Program-made: the position numbers and the translations under genes
The notes under the pieces: generated by a model
Database searches by the model: none
What the model saw: only the letters and a program-made list of their open reading frames with translations
Told to the model about the DNA's origin: nothing
Virus record (IMG/VR): IMGVR_UViG_3300045974_000166
Coordinates: 1-64,000 of that record
Length of the DNA stretch: 64,000 nt
Reading direction: 5' to 3' (one strand)
Origin: a virus
Shown here: piece after piece, positions 1 through 8,272 of the stretch
Layout: each line of letters opens with the position of its first letter
Numbering within the stretch: position 1 is the first letter of the stretch

Positions 1-42
1 AAACTAGAAGAGGAAAACTCCCTCGACGACTTTTTTGCTTAA
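1..42 (+). CDS. 3' end of probable ssDNA-binding protein (gp32-like), truncated by window
   Basis: Frame 1 reads KLEEENSLDDFFA*, an acidic LDDFF tail as in T4-type gp32; position upstream of uvsX fits. Confidence 0.45.
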   Translation, partial: KLEEENSLDDFFA

Positions 43-51
43 GGAAACAAT

Positions 52-528
52 ATGGATTATGATATAGAAAATCTGCACAAAGCAGCAATGGTATTTCTTA
101 AAAATAAGGAAAATTCTCGGCAATATATTGACAGTATATCCTTCTCGACATACGTTAAAGAATTTAGAACTATTACTCTAGGTGTGCCGCGGCAATCTGG
201 TAAGACAAAGTACATGCTAGCCTTAAAGGATAAGGTATCATCTGTAATGTTCGTACACAGTCAAGCAATGGCTGATTATTGCTGCAGGTCCGGCCATGTG
301 GTGGACCGATCAAATATCATCACATTCGAAGAAATGTTCTCAGTCGCTAGATTCAACCGCGGCCGAAGGCTCGGTGGCCTGAAATATTCAGTGTTTTTAG
401 TTGACGAATATAGTTTCGCTAAAAAGGAACATGATAATAATTTCGCGGAGTTACTAACGGAGCTGAAAACTCAAAATATATTCGCGGAAGATTTTTATGT
501 GCTAAAAATTGGCACCCCAACATTTTAA
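52..528 (+). CDS. small P-loop NTPase-like protein
   Basis: Walker A-like GVPRQSGKT and Walker B-like VFLVDE; SD AAGGA upstream. Confidence 0.6.
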   Translation: MDYDIENLHKAAMVFLKNKENSRQYIDSISFSTYVKEFRTITLGVPRQSGKTKYMLALKDKVSSVMFVHSQAMADYCCRSGHVVDRSNIITFEEMFSVARFNRGRRLGGLKYSVFLVDEYSFAKKEHDNNFAELLTELKTQNIFAEDFYVLKIGTPTF

Positions 529-543
529 CCAAAGGAAAACGAA

Positions 544-1617
544 ATGGCAAATAACTCACTATTAGACAGAATCAAAAAGAACTCAACTATCAAGGAAACT
601 GCAGTTCTAGCAGATTCAACATTCTTTGATGCTACGGACAATGTTCGTACGGCTATTCCGGCAATTAATATTGCCCTCTCGGGATCTATCTATGGCGGCT
701 TTGGATCAGGTCTTATCATCTGGGCGGGCCCATCAAAACACTTCAAGACGATGTTCACTCTGCTCATGATGAAATCGTACTTGGATACTTACCCAGATGC
801 TATTTGTCTATTCTATGACTCAGAATTTGGTACACCTCAGGCATACTTCGATTCGGTCGGCATCGACATGACTCGTGTCGTTCATACTCCTGTGACCACT
901 ATTGAAGAACTCAAGTTCGACATTATGAAGCAATTGGAAGAAATAAAACGTGGTGACAAGGTCTTTATCGCCTTGGATTCTGCCGGCAACATTGCCTCCA
1001 AGAAGGAAGTTGATGACGCGCTGGATGGAAAATCTGTCGCTGATATGACTCGTGCCAAGCAACTCAAGTCACTCTTCCGTATGGTAACTCCGCACTTGAC
1101 TCTGAAGCAACTTCCTATGGTCGTTGTGAACCACACTTACATGACTCAAGAGATGTTCTCGAAGGCCGTGGTATCTGGCGGCACTGGTATCTATTACTCT
1201 GCTACTGCTATCTTTATTCTTGGTCGTCAACAAGAGAAGGACGGTTCGGACCTCGTTGGATACAACTTCATCATCAACGTTGAAAAATCCCGTATGGTCC
1301 GTGAAAAATCCAAGATCCCAGTGCAGGTTCTTCATGGCTCGGGTATGAACAAGTACTCTGCTCTCATGGATATTGCACTTGAATCTAAGCATGTAGTGAA
1401 ACCAAAGAACGGTTGGTATTGCAAATGTAATCCAGAGACTGGAGAACTTGATACTAAGAACTGGCGCCTGGCAGATACGAACTCAGATGCATTCTGGACA
1501 TCAATCTTGAATGATCCAACATTTGATGAATTTGTTCGTACAACATATGAAGTGTCATCTGGGTCAATGTTTGCTGAGGAACAGGCTGCTCTCGAAGAAG
1601 AAATAGCTGCCGAATAA
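544..1617 (+). CDS. uvsX: RecA-like recombinase UvsX
   Basis: AGPSKHFKT Walker A, FYDSEFG, VVSGGTG motifs of T4 UvsX. Confidence 0.97.
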   Translation: MANNSLLDRIKKNSTIKETAVLADSTFFDATDNVRTAIPAINIALSGSIYGGFGSGLIIWAGPSKHFKTMFTLLMMKSYLDTYPDAICLFYDSEFGTPQAYFDSVGIDMTRVVHTPVTTIEELKFDIMKQLEEIKRGDKVFIALDSAGNIASKKEVDDALDGKSVADMTRAKQLKSLFRMVTPHLTLKQLPMVVVNHTYMTQEMFSKAVVSGGTGIYYSATAIFILGRQQEKDGSDLVGYNFIINVEKSRMVREKSKIPVQVLHGSGMNKYSALMDIALESKHVVKPKNGWYCKCNPETGELDTKNWRLADTNSDAFWTSILNDPTFDEFVRTTYEVSSGSMFAEEQAALEEEIAAE

Positions 1618-1619
1618 GA

Positions 1620-1668
1620 TTGTACTTCTCGGGCCGATGTGATATAATAGATCATGTCGGCCTTTTAG
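1620..1668 (+). promoter_or_regulatory. sigma70-type promoter (TTGTAC-17-TATAAT) overlapping a stem-loop followed by TTTT
   Basis: -35 at 1620-1625, -10 at 1643-1648; inverted repeat 1632-1643/1651-1662. Confidence 0.6.
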
Positions 1669-1677
1669 CTTTAATAC

Positions 1678-3123
1678 ATGAAACCAGAACAACTAATTTT
1701 CTCACAATTACTTCTCAACGAAGAGTACGTTAGAAAAGTTATCCCGCATCTAAAAGAAGAATATTTCTCTTCGCCAGAAGACAAGAATCTATTCAAAATC
1801 TATACACGATATTTTCACAAGTACAATAAAGTTCCATCAAAACAAGCAATGAGAATTGAGATTGATAATCTCAAGGGATCAAAGCCTGTATATGATGCAC
1901 TAGTCTCGGTGTTAGATTCTACCGAGGTATTTGTCGAAGGCTTAGATTTTTTGGTAGAGGAAACAGAAAAATTCTGTAAGCAGAGAGCAATTTTCAATGC
2001 TCTCCGTGAATCTGTGTTAATTGTCGATGGCCAGGATAAGACGAAAACTCCAGAGGCTATTCCCAATATTCTACAGGAAGCACTTTCTATCTGCTTCAAT
2101 ACTTCTGTGGGTCACGATTACATTGAAGAAGCAGATGATAGGTATGATTACTACCATTTGAACGAGGCTCGTATTCCTACTGGTTTCAAGATCTTTGATG
2201 ATATTACTCGTGGTGGTTTCCCTCGTAAGACGCTGAATGTTCTACTAGCTCCACCCCACGGTGGTAAGTCTCTCATTATGACAAACTTTGCAGCTGGCGC
2301 ACTTAAGGCCGGCTATAATGTGCTGTACATAACGATGGAAATGGCCGAGTTTGAAATTGCCAAACGTATTGACGTTAACCTTATGGACATTGACTTTGAT
2401 ACGCTTGAGTCGATTTCTAAGCCGGTGTTTGATAACAAATTCTCCCAAGTTGCTGCCATGTCTAAGGGCAAGCTTAGGATCAAGGAATATCCAACTGAGG
2501 GTGCTCATGCAGGACACTTCCGAGCATTACTGGAAGAGTACAAGACCAAACAGAATTTTGTACCAGATCTTGTAGTAGTTGATTACATGTCTATTTGTTT
2601 GTCCGAACGGCATAAAGCTGGTGGTGGTGCAAATTCTTACACTATTGTAAAGTCCATAGGTGCCGAACTTAGAGCTCTGGCAATTGTGAACAATTTTGCC
2701 TGTATCTCTGCCGTTCAGACTACTCGTGCTGGTGTCGGTAATTCCGACGTCGATATGTCTCAAACTTCCGAATCATTTGGTGTTCCTGCTATTGCTGATT
2801 GGATGTGTGCTATCATCAATACAGAAGAACTCAAGCAGCTTAAGCAGATCATGTTCAAACAGCTGAAGAATCGGTACAAGAATCTTGATGAACCAAATAA
2901 GTTTCTATCTGGTGTCGACTATGCCAAAATGCGTCTGTTTGAATTAGAAGAATCTGCATCTAAGATTAGTTTCAACTCGGGAACTAGGAATGGTGGAGAA
3001 AAGGTAAAACCAAAAATAGAAACTGCCAATGACAGTATGAATGAGCATAATATGTTCAACTTAGATGTTCTGCATACAATAAACCCCATAAAAGCAGGGT
3101 TTGATGATTTTAAGTTCGATTAA
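1678..3123 (+). CDS. 41: replicative DNA helicase gp41
   Basis: APPHGGKS Walker A, ITMEMAE, VVVDY, SESFGVPA, QLKNRY motifs of DnaB-family T4 gp41. Confidence 0.96.
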   Translation: MKPEQLIFSQLLLNEEYVRKVIPHLKEEYFSSPEDKNLFKIYTRYFHKYNKVPSKQAMRIEIDNLKGSKPVYDALVSVLDSTEVFVEGLDFLVEETEKFCKQRAIFNALRESVLIVDGQDKTKTPEAIPNILQEALSICFNTSVGHDYIEEADDRYDYYHLNEARIPTGFKIFDDITRGGFPRKTLNVLLAPPHGGKSLIMTNFAAGALKAGYNVLYITMEMAEFEIAKRIDVNLMDIDFDTLESISKPVFDNKFSQVAAMSKGKLRIKEYPTEGAHAGHFRALLEEYKTKQNFVPDLVVVDYMSICLSERHKAGGGANSYTIVKSIGAELRALAIVNNFACISAVQTTRAGVGNSDVDMSQTSESFGVPAIADWMCAIINTEELKQLKQIMFKQLKNRYKNLDEPNKFLSGVDYAKMRLFELEESASKISFNSGTRNGGEKVKPKIETANDSMNEHNMFNLDVLHTINPIKAGFDDFKFD

Positions 3124-3126
3124 ATA
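3118..3126 (+). promoter_or_regulatory. putative late promoter GATTAAATA
   Basis: Variant of T4 late consensus TATAAATA, recurring before virion genes. Confidence 0.6.
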
Positions 3127-3166
3127 GTATGTCGACGTTGACAACGGATTATAAAGGAAAATTACT

Positions 3167-3388
3167 ATGGCATTATCTACTCGCGAAACGGAACTAAGAG
3201 CCGTTGGTGTTCACAAACCTCTTTCTGCACTTCTTTCTGCACCTCCAATTGCTACTTCTCTAGTGGCTATGGAAGCAGCATATCCAGCAGCATCTAACCC
3301 AGGCGTACTTGGTTCATTTGGCGCGGCCGCTCCTTATGCACTTTGCTATTCCACCGGTGTTCTTTGGAAAACTGTAACGATTGTTTAA
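3167..3388 (+). CDS. small Ala-rich hypothetical protein (late)
   Basis: SD AAAGGA, preceded by late motif, followed by terminator. Confidence 0.65.
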   Translation: MALSTRETELRAVGVHKPLSALLSAPPIATSLVAMEAAYPAASNPGVLGSFGAAAPYALCYSTGVLWKTVTIV

Positions 3389-3415
3389 TATTTAGTATTG
3401 CTCAGTCTAAAGATT

Positions 3416-3440
3416 GGGGGCTTCTAGAGCCCCCTTTTTA
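3416..3440 (+). terminator. rho-independent terminator
   Basis: GGGGGCT-TCT-AGAGCCCCC hairpin followed by TTTTT. Confidence 0.8.
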
Positions 3441-3442
3441 TT

Positions 3443-3451
3443 GATTAAATA
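3443..3451 (+). promoter_or_regulatory. putative late promoter GATTAAATA
   Basis: Same motif, 17 nt before ATG 3469. Confidence 0.6.
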
Positions 3452-3468
3452 TTCTTAAAGGACAACTA

Positions 3469-3906
3469 ATGAAAATAGCATTTTATATAGCGGAAAATGG
3501 CATGTGGTTAGATAAACTAATTTCTTTCTTTACTGTTTCTAAATATTCTCATTGTGAACTTGTTTTTTCAGATGGTGAATTTGGAAGTTCTTCTGCTAGA
3601 GATGGTGGTCTACGTCTTAAATACATCGAGCAAGATTTTAAATGGGACATCTATGATCTAAAGAATTTAGACGGTTCTGAAATCTCAAAAGAACACGAAA
3701 CACTGATACATGATTGGTTTCTAAAACATGCAGGCGAAAAATATGATTGGTCTGGTGCTATTATGTCATTGTTTGGTGTAAACTGGACATCAGATGATAA
3801 GAAATTCTGTTCATACGTCTGTGCTGCTCTTGTCGGCCTAGATCCAATAGTCACACCACAAATACTCTATGAGAACTTGATCAAAGAGAAAATGATAAGC
3901 ATTTAG
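3469..3906 (+). CDS. permuted papain-like amidase (YaeF/YiiX, NlpC/P60-related)
   Basis: His-before-Cys order: YSHCELV ... KYDW ... FCSYVCA. Confidence 0.75.
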   Translation: MKIAFYIAENGMWLDKLISFFTVSKYSHCELVFSDGEFGSSSARDGGLRLKYIEQDFKWDIYDLKNLDGSEISKEHETLIHDWFLKHAGEKYDWSGAIMSLFGVNWTSDDKKFCSYVCAALVGLDPIVTPQILYENLIKEKMISI

Positions 3907-3915
3907 GAATAAATT

Positions 3916-4623
3916 ATGGCAGATTTGAATTCGTTCGCAGAATTGATCCGAAGGGGTAAAGAAGACAAGAGACTTAAAGATCTTCAAGAACAAGAGCGGA
4001 AAAAATCAGAATTTGGCCCAATGCTAGGTGAGTTGTTTAAAACTGTATCTAAGGCAAAAGTAGTAGAACAAAAGCGCCAGAATGTCGTCGATAAAGTAGA
4101 TGAACTTGAGGCTAAATTAATCACTCAGGGCACAGTAGAAGAAATTTTAACTGAAAAGTTAGATGCTCTCACAGACAACTCTGAGAAGAAATTAGTTAGA
4201 ATTGTTAAACAACTTCAAGATGACATTTCTAATCTGAAGAAACAAATTGTCGCTAAGTCTACACCCAATATGCTTGGTACTGCAGGATCTGGTGAAGTTA
4301 GAGTTCTTCGGATGGATGACGTAGATAAATCTGGTCTTAAAGATGGTGCTGTCATGACTTATAGTGCAGCATTAAATAAGATTGTATTCACAGTACCAAC
4401 CACAACAGACGAAGAAATGCCATATTCTAAACGGATTGATTTTATAACCGACGCAGAACTGTATAAAGCAGAAGCAGTAGTTGGTGCATCCGAATCAGCC
4501 CCACTTTGGCGGATTCGTAAAATCACCATTGCTGCCGACAATGACGTATCAGAAACTTGGGCTTCCGGCACAGCTCTATATGATAAAGTTTGGACAGACC
4601 GACTTACATATACCTATTCCTGA
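3916..4623 (+). CDS. hypothetical virion-associated protein (coiled-coil N-terminus)
   Basis: Long ORF with SD; C-terminal WRIRKIT...WTDRLTYTYS of a type seen in phage structural proteins. Confidence 0.6.
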   Translation: MADLNSFAELIRRGKEDKRLKDLQEQERKKSEFGPMLGELFKTVSKAKVVEQKRQNVVDKVDELEAKLITQGTVEEILTEKLDALTDNSEKKLVRIVKQLQDDISNLKKQIVAKSTPNMLGTAGSGEVRVLRMDDVDKSGLKDGAVMTYSAALNKIVFTVPTTTDEEMPYSKRIDFITDAELYKAEAVVGASESAPLWRIRKITIAADNDVSETWASGTALYDKVWTDRLTYTYS

Positions 4624-4637
4624 GAACCGAGATCGCC

Positions 4638-5108
4638 ATGAGATCAACTGACATTATCCCGCCTATAGAAACAAAAAATATTTGGTATGCAATTTCACGA
4701 CTGATTTGGGATAGTGATCTTGTGGCAGGTAGATTGATCCTGGCCACCGCAGAATTCATTTGGTCATTTATGTTATTTCTTCCCGGAGATACTCTTGCCC
4801 ATGGCACGGATGGTCGGTCTCATATGATCTGGTTGTTACCAGAAAATGGTTGGGGCCTTGTATTTCTAATTTCTGGACTTATTCAATTTCTTATAGTGCT
4901 ATATGAGAACTATAACACATTTTTTGCAAAAGCTTTTGCTATGTTTAATGCATTCCTTTGGATGTATTTGGTGTTTTCAATTATTGTCGACGCATATCCA
5001 CCGGTTGCCGGGGTTGCAGGTGAAATTGCCTTAATGTTTGGCGCAGTATGGATATGGATTCGACCATATCTTTTAGCAGAGGGACTTTATCGTGCAGGGA
5101 TCAGATGA
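4638..5108 (+). CDS. multi-pass membrane protein (about 4 TM), holin-like candidate
   Basis: Four hydrophobic stretches; start moved to ATG 4638 to avoid overlap. Confidence 0.55.
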   Translation: MRSTDIIPPIETKNIWYAISRLIWDSDLVAGRLILATAEFIWSFMLFLPGDTLAHGTDGRSHMIWLLPENGWGLVFLISGLIQFLIVLYENYNTFFAKAFAMFNAFLWMYLVFSIIVDAYPPVAGVAGEIALMFGAVWIWIRPYLLAEGLYRAGIR

Positions 5109-5436
5109 AAACAAAACTTATAAACGAACAACTGATTTTACAGAAGAAGGAAAAGAACCAAGTACACAAGATGCATGGCATTTAGCAGGTTTAGCTCATA
5201 CTAGAATTAATGAACTAAAAGTAGATCAAGATTTGCTTAAAAGAGCATTTCTGAAAGATGATCTAGATACTCCAGATTATGATGGTCACAGAAAAGACCA
5301 TAAACTAATGATTGACAATGAAAAAGTAGTTCAAGAATACAAAGTATCAATGACTAAAGACATCATTAAATGGGTAGTATCTTTTATACTTGGCGCAGTC
5401 GTTGTTGGGCTTACAAGCTATGTAAAATCGTTATAA
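5092..5436 (+). CDS. protein with single C-terminal TM helix
   Basis: IIKWVVSFILGAVVVGLTSYV at C-terminus. Confidence 0.55.
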   Translation: MQGSDENKTYKRTTDFTEEGKEPSTQDAWHLAGLAHTRINELKVDQDLLKRAFLKDDLDTPDYDGHRKDHKLMIDNEKVVQEYKVSMTKDIIKWVVSFILGAVVVGLTSYVKSL

Positions 5437-5439
5437 ATA
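5432..5439 (+). promoter_or_regulatory. T4-type late promoter TATAAATA
   Basis: Exact T4 gp55 consensus upstream of the appendage cluster. Confidence 0.7.
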
Positions 5440-5487
5440 GTAATACAATTTGATAAGGAATAAATATTATGAGAACAAGGAAATTAT

Positions 5488-5685
5488 ATGTCTGATGCAC
5501 CATTGATCTACACAACTAAAGGCAACATCCCAATTGTGGGATTGCAGCACAAAGTCGAGTGGCGCGTGTCACCAGAACAAATAATCTTCATCGAATCTTA
5601 CTTGTTAGATGATGAAGTTGTTAAACAATCGACACACATTAAAGTTTTAATCGGCGCAGCCTCAATTGGTGACGTCACAATATAA
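5488..5685 (+). CDS. small virion-module protein A (paralog of 18536-18718)
   Basis: IYTTKGNIP...IIFIESYLL..EVVK aligns with paralog. Confidence 0.7.
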   Translation: MSDAPLIYTTKGNIPIVGLQHKVEWRVSPEQIIFIESYLLDDEVVKQSTHIKVLIGAASIGDVTI

Positions 5686-5696
5686 AGGAGTAAATC

Positions 5697-6170
5697 ATGG
5701 CCCTAACAACAGTAATGCCTACAGCGGCAAAAGCAAACTTTCTAGCTGGAGTTCACCTTGCTAGTAATGCCTATAAAATGGCATTGATCAAGACCGGTCA
5801 CACCGGTGTCTATGATAAGACATTTGTGGCTGCTGGTACGCCAGGTACCGGAGCTCCTACTACTAGTAATATCGGCACTGATGAAGTAACTGCATCCGGT
5901 TCCTACGCAGCTGGCGGTTTTACGATGATTGGTTATACAGCAGGTAACGACAGTGCTTCAAACACAGCATGGATTGATTGGACTACCGATCCGAACTGGA
6001 CCCTGGCCACTATCGGCGCAGTAGGTGCAGTAATCTATAATGATACAGTAGCCGGTAAGCCTGGAGTTTCTTTACATGACTTCGGTGGTCTTGTCTCCAG
6101 TACAGCTGGCACATTCACTGTGACTCTACCACTTCCAGCAGCTGCAACTGCTGTTGTTCGACTAGCATAA
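5697..6170 (+). CDS. virion structural protein B (paralog of 18757-19233)
   Basis: SD AAAGGAG; YKMAL...GYxAGG...AVIYN...FTVTLP pattern shared with paralog. Confidence 0.75.
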   Translation: MALTTVMPTAAKANFLAGVHLASNAYKMALIKTGHTGVYDKTFVAAGTPGTGAPTTSNIGTDEVTASGSYAAGGFTMIGYTAGNDSASNTAWIDWTTDPNWTLATIGAVGAVIYNDTVAGKPGVSLHDFGGLVSSTAGTFTVTLPLPAAATAVVRLA

Positions 6171-6535
6171 TGCCAGTCTTTCGTGACAGAGTGAAAGATA
6201 CTAGTACTAGCATAGGGACTAGTAATTTCACACTTTCTGGAACTGCTCCTACTGGTTATCAGACATTTCTTACGGCATTTGGTCTTGGTACAAAATTTCT
6301 TTATTGTATCGTAGATAATACATCTGGCCTGTGGGAAACTGGTACTGGATACTTAAGTGCAGCAACAACATTTGTCCGTGATACGGCCGTGATGGATGGT
6401 TCTAGTGGGCCGGGTGTACTAGTAAACTTCACAGCAGGTACTAAGGATGTATTTTGCACTGTAACTTCTCATTGGTTAGAAGATGCTGATAACGGAGCAA
6501 TGCTACACAAAATACGCGGCATGGATATGCCTTGA
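6170..6535 (+). CDS. virion fibre-associated protein C (paralog of 12040 N-terminus)
   Basis: DRVKDTSTSIG...WETGTG motif shared with 12040; TAATG coupling. Confidence 0.7.
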   Translation: MPVFRDRVKDTSTSIGTSNFTLSGTAPTGYQTFLTAFGLGTKFLYCIVDNTSGLWETGTGYLSAATTFVRDTAVMDGSSGPGVLVNFTAGTKDVFCTVTSHWLEDADNGAMLHKIRGMDMP

Positions 6536-6546
6536 AAGGATAAGAA

Positions 6547-7311
6547 ATGGCTTTACCAAATAATGATCCAATCTACTCACGAGTAGGTGCTATAGGTCAG
6601 TCAATGATTTTGAAGGCTGCTGCCACAGCCGATTATACTGGCGTTTCGCCTTATGTTCGTGAAGTATGGGCTGGAGATGCTACTAATGGTGGTTATCTAC
6701 AACGGCTTCGTTTTAAAGCACTTGGCGCGAACGTTGCCACTGTTGCTCGTGTCTATATAAACCGTGGTGGCATCAACACAAACTTTGCTGTGGCTCCAAC
6801 TGCTCCAGCTGGAACCCCGTCGGCCGCTGGTGGAACAATGCTTACTGGTAACTACTACGGTGTGGTTATTGCTATCGGTCCCGGTGGTTCACAATCCGTT
6901 ATTGGTGCATATTCAACCGTCGTGGCCGTCACGGGTCCAACGGGTTCTATTTCATGGACATGGACAGCTATTCCTGGCGCTACTAAATATAGACTATATA
7001 TTTCTCCATGGTCAACTGCTACGACTTATGCAACATATGCAACCCGTTATGTTGAATCTGCTACAAACAGTTACTCTCAGACAAGCATGATTGGAGAAAT
7101 CGGTATATTCGATGATCCAACTGTGGGAAATCAATTTCTTTATGGTGAAGTTTCTCTTCCATTAATCTCGGCTGCATCTGCTACCGCAGGTTTTGCAGAT
7201 ATTGACTATCCAATGAATTTAGCTATGCCACCTGGTTACGAATGTTACGTTGGTATTGCAACTGCCGTTGCAGCTGGCTGGGTCGTGACTGGTATTGGTG
7301 GAGTTTACTAA
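6547..7311 (+). CDS. virion structural protein
   Basis: Ala/Gly/Thr-rich beta-type ORF within late cluster. Confidence 0.65.
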   Translation: MALPNNDPIYSRVGAIGQSMILKAAATADYTGVSPYVREVWAGDATNGGYLQRLRFKALGANVATVARVYINRGGINTNFAVAPTAPAGTPSAAGGTMLTGNYYGVVIAIGPGGSQSVIGAYSTVVAVTGPTGSISWTWTAIPGATKYRLYISPWSTATTYATYATRYVESATNSYSQTSMIGEIGIFDDPTVGNQFLYGEVSLPLISAASATAGFADIDYPMNLAMPPGYECYVGIATAVAAGWVVTGIGGVY

Positions 7312-8267
7312 TGTTAGATTTTGGACATATACCAACTGGAACTGCCGCATCTGACGTACAGTTTTTTGTTGGCAACGGTCAAGCTCAAGGTTCTGAGTGG
7401 ATACCGTGGATTAAGCCTCGTGGAAAAACAATGCTCGATCTTATCATTGTCGGTAAAGGTGGCAATGGTGGTACTGGAACTGTAGGTGCTGCTGGCGGCG
7501 GCGGTGGCGGTGGCGGTTCTGGCGGCCAAGTGCATCTTACAATGCCGCTTGCATTACTACCAGATATTCTTTACTTATCACTTGTTGGCCAAGGCGCTGC
7601 TACTGCTGCACATTCTTATGTATGCATTTGTCCCCCAGTATCTGGGTCAACCGTAGTGGCTAATAATACTCTAGCAATAGGTACTGGTGGTACAGTTGGT
7701 GGTAACTCAGCCACAACTGGCGCTGGCGCTCTTGGTGCGGCCGGTATTGTAGCCACAGCAGCTCTTATGCCACTTGGCTGGGGTTGGGTAGGTTCTAACA
7801 CAACTGGTGCTCTTGTTGGTTCAGCTGGTACGGCTGGTGGTGTTGGTACTACAACTGGAACTGCAGGCGGTAATCTGACACTTCCTGTGACCGGTCTCCT
7901 TGTCACCGGTGGTACTGGTGGTGGTGGATGTCCTACCACTGCTGGTGTTGGACTAAAAGGTGGAGATATAACCGGGCTTGGTGCTTTCCTTACATCTGGC
8001 GGTGGCACTGGCGGTACGGCCGCGGCCGTAGCTCCTACTGATGGAGCTTCAGGTTCGTATCCAGTTATGGGTCTTCGATTTGGATACGGTGGAACTGGCG
8101 GTGGGGGATCGTATTCTGTTGCTACTACTACTGGTCTTGACCAAGCTTCAGGTGGCAATGGTGCTCTTGGTTGTGGTGGTGGCGGATCCGGAGGTGCTTA
8201 TACTGGTTCGATACCGGGATTCCCAGGACTTGGTGGGGCAGCATTCGCAATCTTCACTTGCTGGTAA
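7311..8267 (+). CDS. glycine-rich virion protein
   Basis: GGGGGGGGSGG and GGTGGGG runs; ATG 7311 overlaps upstream TAA. Confidence 0.7.
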   Translation: MLDFGHIPTGTAASDVQFFVGNGQAQGSEWIPWIKPRGKTMLDLIIVGKGGNGGTGTVGAAGGGGGGGGSGGQVHLTMPLALLPDILYLSLVGQGAATAAHSYVCICPPVSGSTVVANNTLAIGTGGTVGGNSATTGAGALGAAGIVATAALMPLGWGWVGSNTTGALVGSAGTAGGVGTTTGTAGGNLTLPVTGLLVTGGTGGGGCPTTAGVGLKGGDITGLGAFLTSGGGTGGTAAAVAPTDGASGSYPVMGLRFGYGGTGGGGSYSVATTTGLDQASGGNGALGCGGGGSGGAYTGSIPGFPGLGGAAFAIFTCW

Positions 8268-8272
8268 GTTAA

